Position numbers and translations under genes: made by a program. This document shows positions 39,177 through 53,230 of a stretch of DNA of 64,000 nt, one piece after another; the first letter of the stretch is position 1; each line of letters begins with the position of its first letter. The notes under the pieces are model-generated. The model was not told the DNA's origin, searched no databases, and saw nothing but the letters and a program-made list of their open reading frames with translations. Source of the DNA: Chrysomallon squamiferum (taxonomy: Eukaryota > Animalia > Mollusca); the NCBI GenBank assembly GCA_012295275.1, contig CM022671.1, positions 248,001-312,000 on the forward strand, read 5' to 3'.

Positions 39177-39928
39177 AAGAAGAAGAACAATGACGATGAT
39201 GTCCGTGTAATAATAACAAAAATCTTGTACAGAATTTAATAATAACAATATCAGGTCTGGTGACCTTTCTTGATGTAAAGTCTTAGTACAGACAAATGTA
39301 AAGACAATCAAACACATTTACCTAAAAGTCTTATTATTACTAGCATTTGGTCCTAATTTTAAAAAAGTTGTATTATTTTAACTTGAACATCCCAACTAAT
39401 TTTGCAATTGTAAATTTCTCCTTTCTTCTCAATCATAGTATAAAATAGAAGTTACCAAACCATCAAATATATAAAATTAATATTGATATAGATAGATAAT
39501 TAGATAGATACAGACATCTATACATAAATATGTACATACCTATGTACATACATATATACATACATACATACATACACATACACATACATACAAATACATA
39601 CATACACACGTACAAATACATACATAGTTTTATACCAGTTTAAGGACAAAGAAGATTTACAAAAATATGAGCCATGTTGAAAATGTGTTCACGAAAAGAC
39701 AGAAAAATGACAGCTGTCTAAAACCGGTTTCAATAAAACAGAAAGGGAGTTGACTTGTTTTTCACTGCGGTGAGAATAAATTAGTTTAATGTGTTTGATT
39801 GTAAAGGTGAAATCACACATAACGATTATTTATGCAACAACGAGAACAACAACAACAATAAAAATAATAACAGTAACAATAACAATAATTAGCCGATTAA
39901 AAATATAAAATATATTTATCCTACAAAC

Positions 39929-40077
39929 CTCACATAAATAATTAGATCTTCCTAGTCCACCATCTTCTCCTGCACTAAAAATTCGACACCAGCTTTTATT
40001 AGGGCTTCAGAAACATTCACGAAAAACACAACCAGAATCATTCTCAGAACAAGAGGCAGCATGAAAACACGGACCGT
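39929..40077 (-). pseudogene. Orphan degenerate first exon
   Basis: Third paralog of 19175-19323, with ACG start and in-frame TAG. Confidence 0.7.
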
Positions 40078-40352
40078 ACTGCAAGAGTATTAGCAAAAAA
40101 TGAACCTTTTCTGTAAGTTCAGTTCTCGATTCTCATTTAATGTAAACCAAAATTTCCTCTTTCAAATGACTGGGGTTTTTTGTTTTGATGACAGTATACG
40201 AATTTTAATTATTTATTATTATTATTATTATTTTATTTTAACCAATGTTATCTTCTTTAACAGGATATTCTATCATTGGTAATTACAAGTGTTTTGTTTC
40301 TTCTTTTTTTTCTTTTTTTTTCCAACTTCTTTGTTTGTGTGTATTATTTATT

Positions 40353-40399
<47 letters not shown>

Positions 40400-41559
40400 T
40401 TTTTCTATTTATTTTTGTTGTTGTTTTGTTGTTGATGTTATTGTTATTTTTAATTAAGACATCTTAGATTTTGTTTATAACTGCGGAACTTGATTTAGAC
40501 TTCTGAAAGAAAGAAAAAAGACAAATGCTATGTACATGCGTAACGTGTATTAGATATAAAACTCTAAAAAGACAACAACTAGCTCTTCACCTCTAAACTT
40601 CTCTACTTTCTGCAGGAACAGTCCGACCATTGTAGTAAAGCTAGACATTGTAAACAAGTGGACTAATGTTGTTTCTGGGGCTGATCAGGATTAGGAAATC
40701 TCAAGCTGAAAACTGATCAGTTCCACAGCCGCTCCCGCTGAAACAAATAAGAAATACGACAGTGAGTTTGTTTCATTATCATTGGTATCTATCATTGGTA
40801 TCTTATAGGTTGAAACAGTTCTAATCTAAGGACTAACATTGATGAAAGGATCAAATATGGACTGCTGGTTAATCTGTCGAGTCAGATGTCAACATCACTT
40901 CATAGATGTTTAACACTCTGGGGACTGATGAGGTAAAATACTGACAGTGCTTATTTTGTAGACTGTTAAACTGTACGTGTATGTCAGTCAAAACGCGACA
41001 GCCATTTGTTAACATGAGTACGAACAGGAAAGTTAGTTTAAACATACAGTGGTTTCTGGCATCTTAATTAAAAATGAAAGTAGTGTCGTTTCGTCAGTTA
41101 AAAACACTGAGAATATCTATTGTTCAGCATAAAAGAAAAAAGAAAAAAAAAAAAAAGAAAAAGAAATACAGTTAACATTTCTTGACAACTTGTTACCAAA
41201 CTCCAGATAGACTCAGTGATGTGTATATAACAAATCTGAATCAGCTGAAAACATGTTTTCCAGGCTCGGGACAGAAATATTTCTGTTCAAAGGAGCATGC
41301 AATATAAACCAAAGTAAAGAGCAACATTTCCTCTTTCAAACGACTGTTTGTTTTTGTTTTGATGACAGCATACGAATTTTATTTAGAATCATCCATTTTG
41401 TATAAAATACCATTTAAAATTTATTTATTTATTATTAGATAGATAATATACATACATACATCTATACATAAATTACATATTATTTGTTTTGTTTTGATTT
41501 TATTTTATTTTTTATTTATTTATTTTATTATTATTTTATTATTATTTTATTATTTTATT

Positions 41560-41589
<30 letters not shown>

Positions 41590-41591
<2 letters not shown>

Positions 41592-42750
41592 TTTTTTATT
41601 TTGAAGAATCATCCAATTTCACGCCTTCACGCACGTGCCTTCCTGAGCGTGGAAAATAAACATTATTTCCTTTCTGCCCTGGCTCGTGCGATAATTTTTT
41701 CCTATGAACTTTTTTTTTACATTTGCGCATGCGCTCTTGCCTTCATGTGTATGTACGTAGCATAATGTAGTCAGTCGTTTACGATGCGAGAGGATTTAAC
41801 ATTCGCGCATGTGCACTTTCCTTTTTGTGTATCTACTTAGCATAATGTAGTCAGCTGTTTAAAATGTCCCACAAACACGTGTTTGCTTCAGTAAAATGTA
41901 TTCAAACCGAGGTTAGGAGAGAGGATTAGATCAACACTTCTAGACTTAGTCGGTAAAAATCCAAGTATACATTTGGTTATTTGAATCAGTTTTCTTCGTG
42001 ATAAACTAGTATCTTGAGATTAATAAAATCCACAGGCAAAATACAGAAAATTATCCAGCCTGCAGACATGAATAAGAGCCTTCCTTTCAACAAAACCATA
42101 GGCCTACGCCTAGAAGTTCAAGCTGGAGAGGTTCACGAAGATATAGAAATAACAATAACAATAACAACAGGCCTAGTGCGTGAATAAACTCACTTGTAAA
42201 TGATTTCCTTGTAAACATAAAACACATGCTTCGTGACGCGGCCAGGCGGACTGACGTAGAGGAAGGTGACGAGTGCAAACTGATCTGCCCGAGGCGATGA
42301 GCTTACAAACCACACTGACACGTCTGCTTGTTTTCTCTACATACGACTGTGTAACTTCCAGCTTCAAACTTACTGCTTATACCGTACGAAAAATAGAACT
42401 GCAAAAGCGTTGCCAAAATTATAATTTGCGGGGTTGTATCAAAATCCATCTTTGTACTGAATATATGCCAGTTCCAGAAATATTTCACTTGACATTAGAT
42501 CCTTGAACTGTTTTCAAACCTATCGCTAAAATGACTTTATTTCGATGGGTTTTCTTTCGAAGAATAAAAATAATCAATGATGAATTGTTCGTCTATCTTT
42601 AAAACAAGCACTGCTTAATTACAATATTCATAACTTGGCAAGGTTTAAGTGCGCATGCGCGAATGTCGGAAAGTTCGCAGGAGAAAAATCAATACCCATA
42701 AGAAAACTTACAGTGAGCCGTCTCAGAAAGTGCGTGGATTTCCCTTAACA
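41590..42750. mobile_element. Longer copy of the GCGCATGCGC inverted-repeat element
   Basis: Inverted cores at 41799-41817 and 42648-42666. Carries an extra internal segment (about 42230-42600) missing from the 20.3 kb and 33.9 kb copies. Confidence 0.5.
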
Positions 42751-43069
42751 ATGTCTTCCTTTTTTTAAAACTGAGCAAAATTTTGTTTTCAAATACACGT
42801 GACTTTATAAGTTTTATAAGTGAACCGTATCTTGCGTTGTAGCAAAGCTCAGTGATTTCACCCGCCACTCCCAGTCAACATATACAACATGTTTGTGTTC
42901 TCAAGTTTGTCTTGTAAAATCTCTTATTCAGGGCTTTTCATTCTGAACTCTAAATTTTTCTCTAAATTTTTTTTCTTTCTCCTGTTAAAGAATATTATCC
43001 GCCAAAATTTTATCTAAAAAAAATTTTTTTTTTCCTCCTCTGAAAAATTGTAAAAAAAAAAAAAAAAAA

Positions 43070-43100
<31 letters not shown>

Positions 43101-43723
43101 GAAAAACAGAAAAACAACAAATGACAGTTTTTATTCCAAAATAAATTTGGAGTACCGGCACCTAAAGATTATATAAAATACTGGCTGAATAGTTCTAGAA
43201 AGAGTCTTTAACAAAAGAGAGAACTGACAATAACTGGTTGGTTATAAGAAAGCGAAATAATGTAAAATGAACATCGTCTTTGGATCAGTCCTCATCGTTC
43301 GTTTCACTCGCTTATTTTCCCATTCCTGACATCCCACCTCAGCTGTTACCACATAACCAGTTATGTATTCCTTCTTTTTATCTCACACACGCACACTCAC
43401 GCACAAATACACACAAATACTCATGCATACACACATATAGAGAGAGTCAAACAGATAGATAGGTAGACAGACAGAAAGATAGAGTGATAGATAGATATAT
43501 AGGTAGATAGATAGACAGACAGACAGAAAGATAGAGTGAGATAGATAGATAGACAGAGAGACATACATATTCACATACGCAAAAAAACACGAAAATCCCC
43601 CAACAAAACAAACAAATAACAACAACAAAAATAAATAACTGAATAAAATTAAAAAAGAACTAGAACTCGACATACAACAATATTTCATTTGATTTATTTA
43701 CATTTTATTTATCTACATATCTA

Positions 43724-44770
43724 CTACTGTTTACAGATGATGTATTTGTGAGTGTGATCAAAGAAATACGACCACATTCGTCTCATTGAATTCTTCTTCA
43801 AAGGCAGGGGACAGCTAATGCTATACGTGTTAAATTTTAGATCGATGTCATTAATGCCTGGAACATACCTGAAATCAATAAATAAATTAATTAATTAATT
43901 AATTAAATAAAATAAAACAAAATATTATTACTGTTTACCTGGCCCTCTGTTCAAATATCGTTTACATTTTTTGACTCCGCCTTTGCTGAGTTTTACTCGA
44001 GTATTTCCTGTGAGTATTACGAGCGTAGTACAGTTTGAAAATCTCTTTCTTAGAGAAAAACAGTAAATATGCTGAATTATAGACCTCTTTATTTCGATCT
44101 TCGATAATCTGGTAACCGTTAATGAACATTTTATTTAGAATTACGTGAAAATTCCTGAACGGCCCTTCACTGTGAAAGGCGGCCATGTTCCTCGTCACAA
44201 ATTCAGCATCGTCACATAGTCACGTGATCACCTATTCGCAATACCTAATGATATCAACTATAAGTATTTACGGTAGTACTATGCCAAGCTTTTTCTCTCA
44301 GAAACATTTCAAAATAACAATACGTGAAATAAGACAAAACAATTAAACTTCATTTGCTTCATGGTTTCTATAGACAAGACTGGCCAAGGGCGGCTTATCG
44401 GGTAATTTTACAATTCATTTGCATTAAAATGTGTCGCCTGAAACGTTGGAGGATAGCGGTTGTTGTCAAACGAAATAAATTTACTTACATTTAAATACAG
44501 ACGACTTATTCTCAAGTCTACCAGTGTTTTATACCGAGATTTGACTGTATACATAAAAAGATATACATATAAATTATTGATTTATTTACTCACCATTTCG
44601 ACCAGCTGCCACTGAACCACCTTATCTTGTACGCGATGATTCTTCCTTTTCTAACAAGTTGGTCTACAAAGGGATACAACCCTGCCTTCCATCTGCAGTC
44701 ACGTGTGCGGCTCTTAGTTACCTCTTCACATTTACCCTGTTTAGAAATACAAGATATAATTATACAGAAT

Positions 44771-44861
<91 letters not shown>

Positions 44862-45272
44862 TTTAATTAAGTCTATTTTTAAATACGAACTTGGTCCATC
44901 ACGTATGAAACATGATCGCCCGTCGTGAGCTGTTTGTTTACAGGAGGCCGAATTAGGTCTGCAATACGCGAATCAAGTATTGTTATAGGAGGAACGCGAC
45001 TTTCAGAAACATCAGCGAAAATCGCAACAAGAACCAGTTTTACGACAAGAGAGACTAGGAAAATGCGAGCCATTATGGAAATGTGTTCGTGAAAACAGAA
45101 AACAGCTACAATATATACCTCTCTACATCCTGTTTTGAATCCGGTTTCTGACAAACACAAAGGGAGTTGACTTGTTTTTCACTGCGGTGAGAATAAATTA
45201 ATGTGTTTTATTATTTTCCGTGTAAAGGTGAAATCATACACAACGATTATTTGTGATGCGGTTTTCAGTAAC

Positions 45273-45326
<54 letters not shown>

Positions 45327-45883
45327 TAATAATAATAATAATAATAATAGTGATGAAATCTACATTTGACATGGCTGTAAAGTTATACATGAGATGAAAG
45401 TTAAAACAAAGACGTCCAGATTATTATCATCATCATTATCATCATTATTATTTTATTTCATTGTATTTTATTTCTTTACTTACTTACTTACTTACTTACG
45501 TACTTATTTATTGGTGTAATTCAATGTATTTATTTATTTATTTTGTAATTTACTTATTATTATCGTTATTTATTAATATTTTTATTACTACTATTTATTT
45601 AGTTATTATTTAGAAAATGCTGGTACGTGACTTACATTTATATGCCACAAGTAAATTCAAAACTGTTTAGCCTTTGTTGTCTTTTTATACACTTACACAT
45701 TAGTAAGTTCTACATACCTGGTCCCTGGTGTAAATAACCTACAGTCACACATTAGTAAGTTCTACATACCTGGTCCCTGGTGTAAATGAGCAGATCACTC
45801 TGTGTTCGAGCTTCAGAAACATTGACCAACAATACAACCACAACCAGTGTCAGAACAAGAGCCACATCGAAAACACGGACCAT
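43724..45883 (-). CDS. Cluster copy g: intact, with two alternative intact first exons (133 aa or 156 aa)
   Basis: First exon type C at 45883-45770 (38 codons) and type B at 45073-44891 (MARIFLVSLVVKLVLVAIFADVSES..GDHVSYVMDQ, 61 codons), both ending phase 0 at GT. Exon 2 at 44736-44594, exon 3 at 43868-43724. Confidence 0.82.
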
Positions 45884-46626
45884 ATTGGAAGAGTTAAATG
45901 AACTGGTTCAAAATGTTCAGTTGTCTGTTCTGATTCAATGATGAAACACACAGATTTTATATCGTTTAAAACCGGCAGCTAAACACTGTAACACCCTGTT
46001 AAATGTCATTAAAATTAAATTTATATCTTTCTATCAGTGCAAATTTTAAATGTTTTGTTGTTTTCATTTATTACATTTTTGTCATTTATTATGAAGAAAT
46101 ATCGTTTTCCGGTTCGGTAAATTACAGTAAAAAAAATTATTTCATGAAAATCAGTGATGTGTAAATGACGTTAATTTTTTCAAGGGAAAATTCTTATTTT
46201 TGTATTTTTATATTTAAACACGGATTTTCCTTGAAACAAACAACGAATCAAATAAGGCAATAGTGTTAATTTCTGACTGACATACTTACCAACCGAATTC
46301 CCGCGATTGCATACGTGAGTCATAAAAAAAACACATTTATAATTTATTTTCAGATACTTGTAGTCTTTCAGTACGCTGGTTAAACAAAGTACGTGTAGTA
46401 AATATGACAGAGAGTTTGTTTCACTGCGACTGTTTTTACACTTTTACGTTGTGCTCGTTGATCTGCTTTCTCTTTTGCAGAGTCCCTGTGGCTCACCTAC
46501 ATGTTTGTGGCTCTGAAGACTGAACTGTTATGGTGGCCGTTCGCAAACAGCATCGAGGTCTGGGTAACCTCTGTTTTCTTCTTCAGTGGGCTTGTTACAA
46601 GACAAATCACCATATTTTTTATTGTA

Positions 46627-46744
<118 letters not shown>

Positions 46745-47714
46745 TGTAACCAGGGTATCTTAGACTGGGATTAACATTTTGAAGCAATATGGATTATAGT
46801 CGTTTCTGGGATCCCTTCCTGTTTTAGCATTGCTGAAGTTTAAGTTTCATCAGTTTCCTCGACGGAAACTCTTTATTTATCTTTTTTATCACGTTTTTTC
46901 GACACCATGTTGAATGTGTCACTGTCTTGTGCTTCAATATTCTTGCGAGTTCAGAGTTTACTTGGCCTTGTATAGTCTTTGATCTTTTACAGATTTTCTA
47001 ACAGTTCTGGTACCTTTCGTGATGTAAAGTCGTAGTATAGACAAGATGTAAAGACAATCAAACACATTTACTTAAAAGTCTTATTATTACTAGTATCTGG
47101 TCCTAATTTAAAATAGTCATAATATTTTAACTTGAACACCTATTATAATTTTGCAATAAAAAGTTTCCCCTTTCTTCTGAATCGTAGTGTAAAATAGGAG
47201 TTAGCAAACCATCAGATATTTTATAGATTGACAGACAGACATAAAAAGTATCGTGACATATTAATCTAATGCTTGCAAGACCGGTGTGGCCTTAGATCCA
47301 AGTTAGTTTTGTGTGGACTACAGGTTGGAACCTGCAATCACAAGGAGCTCGTGTTAGTAATGGTCTAACAGGTGGCTGTGATGTTTTCAGTGGGACAGGA
47401 GTGAAAGATAGTTGAAGGGAGAAGAGAGAATATATATTTGGTAAGAAAGATGTTTTGGCAACTCTATACGTTATATTGTATATTTCTGTAATATTATGCT
47501 ATATAAAAAATTAAAGAGTATTATCAAGAACGAACGGGATGCTGTATGTCTCCCATTTTTAATGTACGCACAATATTTAGGACCCGGATGTTTGTAAGAT
47601 TAAACTTCAAGATAATGTTTCTAACTAAGATGAACCCAGACTTTAATATATTGAAGCTGAGAAAATGAGATGTCAAAACACTCTGATTTATTTACATTTT
47701 TTTAACTTATATAT

Positions 47715-49338
47715 CTACCACTCTTTACAGGTGATGTATTTGTGAGTGTGATTATAGAAATATGAGCAAATTCGTCTCAATGAATTCTTCAAAGGCTAAT
47801 GTCATGCGTGTTGAATTTTACATCGATTTCATTAATGCCTGGAACATACCTGAAATAAATAAATAAATTAATTAATAAATTAATAAATAAATAAATAAAT
47901 CAAATCAAATCAAACAAAATAAATTAAAATAAACTGAGATTACAAATTACCATACGCAGTAAACCTTAGAGAGTTGTAAAGTAATAAATAACAAAGATTT
48001 CTTGTTGTTTTATTATTTATTTGTCACACAGCAGAGATTTCAAACTTTTTTCTAACTTGGAGAATATCTGATTGATGCGAACTCATTTTGAAATGTGAAA
48101 CAAGAGAAGATTCAGTATCGTCAGCTAAAACTTGAGGAAGATGAGCGAAGTGCTTTAATTAGATAAAATATAATGTAACATCATTTTTGAAGAAAACAAA
48201 AATTAAAAAATTAAAAGTTATGGTTCGAGACCGATTTCGAGTTTCAGGCGAGGATGATTATTATTCTTTACTTGGCCCTTCTGTACAAATATTGTTTTTA
48301 CTTTTTCACTGAATTTTACTGAGTATTTCGTGTGACGAGTATGCGTACAGTTAGAAAATCTCTTTCTTAGAGAAAAAACAGTAAATATGCTGAATTTTAG
48401 ACCTCTTCATTTTAATCGTTCGATAATCTGGAAACCTTTTATGACCAAATTTAAGGAACAAAACAAAATGCTAGGGGTTAAACCAGTTACATCGCCTGTA
48501 TTTTTGTCACACACGTTTATTTTCAAACAACTGTATTAGAGTTAATTGTTTTTAAGTCTCTGTTATCAGGGAATCAGTACGTGATTGCATGTTTAGTTCT
48601 TTTAAATACAAAACTCGAAGAAAGTGATAGAGGTGGGTATCTATTGAGTCATTTATGCAATTTTTGGTGGAAAGATATTAATGTTTCAAAATAATGAAAT
48701 TATGAGAATAAAGATTTTATTTAGGTTTATGTTTCTCGTGTCGTCACAAATTCAGCATCGTCACATTGTCACGTGGTCACCTATTCGCAGTACCGAATGA
48801 TATTAACTAAAAGCATTGTCAGTAGAGCTATGCCAAGATTTTTCCCTCAGAAACTTTTCAAAATAACAATACATGAAAATTCAATACGTGAATTAAGACA
48901 AAACAATTAAACTTCATTTGCTTCATGGTTTCTATAGACAAGACTGGCTGAGGGCGGCTTATCGGGTAATTTTACAATTCATTTGCATTAAAATGTGTCG
49001 CCTGAAACGTTGGAGGATAGCGGTTGTTGTCAAACGAAATAAATTTACTTATATTTAAATACAGACGACTTATGCTCAAACCTACCAGTGTTTTATACAG
49101 AGATTTGACTGTATACAAATAAATACATATAAATTATTGATTTATTTACTCACCATTTCGACCAGCTGCCATTGAACCACCTTATCTTGTAGGCGATGAT
49201 TCGTCCATGTCTAATAAGTTGATCTACAAAGGGATACAACCCTGCCTTCCATCTGCAGTCACGTGTGCGGCTCTTAGTTACCTCTTCACATTTACCCTGT
49301 TTAGAAATACAAGATATAATTATACAGAATGACGAGAG

Positions 49339-49429
<91 letters not shown>

Positions 49430-50318
49430 TGTGTGTTTTATACCGAGATTTGACTGTGTACATACACAGATATAGATATACTTTATTAGATTAACAGTCT
49501 TAGCTAATAATTAACTCATTTTCACATTTAAAAATAAAATGATCAGGATTTATTTACTTATCTGCAGTCTCGCGTACGTCCCTCGGTTACCTCGTCACGT
49601 TTACTGTTTCTTACTGAAATGATTAAGTTTTTTATATTTCTAAAAGTGAAGCATCGATACAGATACAGATGGGTGTTCTGGGGCTATATTTCCGGTTTTT
49701 GTGTTTGATGCCTAGCAACCATGATGCTGTTTTGGATTTGAGTTCACATGTATTGCTAAAATTTCTTACATAGATTTTTCTCTCTTTACTATGTTAGTTT
49801 TCTATTACAATCAAATGGATGTCTATATGTACAGTGGCCTTTCATTTGTGTACTTAAACAAATATTTTGGGATTTATTTTCGTAATTAGTAAAGTATGCA
49901 AACAAACTTTTTTTCTTTTTTTTTTAAGTCTTAAAATGTGTTTTTCATTTTGTGTTTCATTATTTATAATACGATTTTGAACAACAACAACAACAACAAC
50001 AATAATAATAATAATAATAATAATGATAATAATAATAATAATAATAGTAATAAAATTAGCAAATCAAAACCACACTACTGCTGCACGTTACTGAATTCTA
50101 CATACTGTCCCTCACGTAAATAACTTGATCTTTCCAAGGTCACCACATTCACAAATGTGGAGGATGAGGAAGTTCAACATCGGCTTTTAGAGAAAAGTCA
50201 GAAACAGAAACTTCATCATCTTTTACAGCGACTGGATGATCTTCAGCTTCAGAAACATTACGAAAAAGACAACCAGAACCACTGTCAGAACAAGAGGCAG
50301 CTCGAAAACACGGACCGT
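47715..50318 (-). pseudogene. Cluster copy h: pseudogene with dead exons 1 and 3 but intact exon 2
   Basis: Exon 1 (50318-50106) has an ACG start, frameshift and TGA stops. Exon 2 (49296-49154) is fully open with both splice sites. Exon 3 (from 47849) has a frameshifting deletion of the CPL codons giving ..THDISL*. An extra deleted exon-2 remnant lies at about 49545-49605. Confidence 0.82.
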
Positions 50319-51568
50319 ACTGAAAGAGTATTAGCAAAAAATTAACCTTTTCTGTAAATTCAGTTCTCGATTCTGATTTAAAGATTAAAATTCCCAGATT
50401 TTATATCTTTTAAAACCGACAGATGAAGAGATTAAAATTGCGTTAAATGTCATAAACGGACATAAATTCTTCATTCTTTTTATTTATTACTGTCATTAAA
50501 TCCGAAGAAAATATTTCAGAATATTATTAATTATCGTCAAAAATGTCATTTCATGAAAATTCCTCATGCATTATGGATTTTCACAGTTTGATATTTTTAA
50601 AAAACTGATAAAATATTATTTTTATGACACTATACGAATTTTATTTATTTATTTATTATTATTATAATTGTTTTATTTTTTTTATTTTTTTTTTATTTTT
50701 GAAGGATCATCCAATTTCACGCATTCACACACGTGTTTTCCTACACGTGGGAAAGTAAACATTACTTCGTTTCTGACCTCACGCGTGCGAAATTTTGTTT
50801 TCTACAAACTTTTCTTACATTCGCGCATGCGCACTCGCTTTTTTGTATCTCTAATTAGCATAATGTAGTCAGTTGTTTACAATATCCCACAAACACGTGT
50901 TCGTTTGAGTAAAATTTATTCAAACCGAGGTTAGGAACAGGTTTAGACTTAGTCGGTAAAAATCCAAGTGAACACTTTGGTTATTTGAATCACTTCTTTT
51001 GGTGAACTACCAGTATCTTCAGATTAATCAAACTCACACGCAGAAAATTATCCAGCCTGCATACATGCATAAGAGCCTTCCTTTCAACAAAACCATAGGC
51101 CTACGCCTAGAAGTTCAAGCTGGAGAGGTTCACGAAGATACAGAAATAATAATAACAATAGGCCTAGTGCGTTTCTCGAAACAGTGTTTTCTCATTTTCA
51201 GAAAAACAAAAAAACAACACATGACAGTTTTGATTCCAAAATAAATTTGGAGTACCGGCATCTAAAGATTATGTAAAATACTGGTTGAATAGTTCTAGAA
51301 AGAGTCTTTAACAAAAGAGAGAACTGGCAATAACTGGCTGATTATAAGAAAGCGAAATAATGTAAAATGAACATCGTCTTTGGATCAGTCCTCATCATTC
51401 GTTTCACTCGCTTATTTTCCCATTCCTGACATCCCGCCTCAGTTGTTACGACATAAATAGTTATGTGTTCCTTCTTTTTATCTCACACACGCACACACGT
51501 ACGCACAACCGCACACTCACGCACAAACACGCACAAATACTCATGCATGCACACATATAGAGGCAAAC

Positions 51569-51600
<32 letters not shown>

Positions 51601-51837
51601 TTATAGATAGATAGATAGATAGACAGATAGACAGAAAGAGTGATAGATAGATAGATAGATAGATAGACAGAGAGACATACACATTCACATACGCAAAAAA
51701 ACACGAAAATCCCCCAACAAAACAAACAAACAACAACAACAAAAATAAATAACTGAATAAAAATAAAAAAGAACTAGAATTCGACAAACAACAATATTTC
51801 ATTTGGTTTATTTGCCTTTTATTTATCTACATATCTA

Positions 51838-53140
51838 CTACTGTTTACAGATGATGTATTTGTGAGTGTGATCATAGAAATATGACCACATTCGTCTTAA
51901 TGAATTCTTCTTCAAAGGCGGGGAACATCTAATGCTATAAGGGTTAAATTTTAGATCGATGTCATTCACGCCTGGAACATACCTGAAATAAATAAATAAA
52001 TAAATAAATAAAATAAAATAAAATAAAAGAGAACAAAATAAATTAAAACAAACAGAGATTACAAATTACTATAAGCAGCAAACCTTAGTAGTAACAGAAA
52101 ACAACTAATTTGTCACACAGCAGATTTCAAACTTTTTCCCAACTTGGAGAATATCTGATTGATTCGTACCCACTTCGAAATATCAATGAAGAGAAGTTTC
52201 AGTATCATCAGTTAAAACTTGATGAAAATGAGCGAAGTGCTTTAATTAGATAAAATATAATGTAACATAATTTTTGAAATTTTGAGTTTGGGATGAGGAT
52301 GATGATTATTCTTTACTTGGCCCTGTGTACAAATTTTATCTTTGAATTTTACTCGAGTATTTCCGGTGAGTATTACGAGCGAAGCACAGTTTGAAAATTT
52401 CTTTCTTTGAGAAAAACAGTAAATATGCTGAATTATAGACCTCTTTATTTCGATCTTCGATAATCTGGTAACCGTTAATAAACATTTTATTTAGAATTAC
52501 GTGAAAATTCCTGAACGGCCCTTCACTATGAAAGGCGGCCATGTTCCTCGTCACATAGTCACGTGATCACCTATTCGCAATACCTAATGATATCAACTAT
52601 AAGTATTTACGGTAGTACTATGCCAAGCTTTTTCCCTCAGAAACTTTTCAAAATAACAATACATGAAAATTCAAAACGTGAAATAAGACAAAACAATTAA
52701 ACTTCATTTGCTTCATGGTTTCTATAGACAAGACTGGCTGAGGGCGGCTTATCTGGTAATGTTTACAATTCATTTGCATTGAAATGTGTCGCCTGAAACG
52801 TTGGAGGATAGCGGTTGTTGTCAAACGAAATAAATTTACTTACATTTAAATACAGACGACTTATGCTAAAGTCTACCGCTTCAAAACAGATAATATCATT
52901 CATTCATTTCTTTCGCTAATAATTCATTCCTTTTTAAACTAAAATGATCAGGACTTATTTACTCACCAATTTGACCAGCTGCGATTGAACCATTGTATCT
53001 TGTACGCGATGATTCGTCCATGTTTAATAAGTTGATCTACAAAGGGATACAACCCTGCCTTCCATCTGCAATCTCGTGTAGCCCTCTCAGTTACCTCCTC
53101 ACATTTACCCTGTTTAGAAATACAAGATAGAATTATAGAA

Positions 53141-53230
<90 letters not shown>

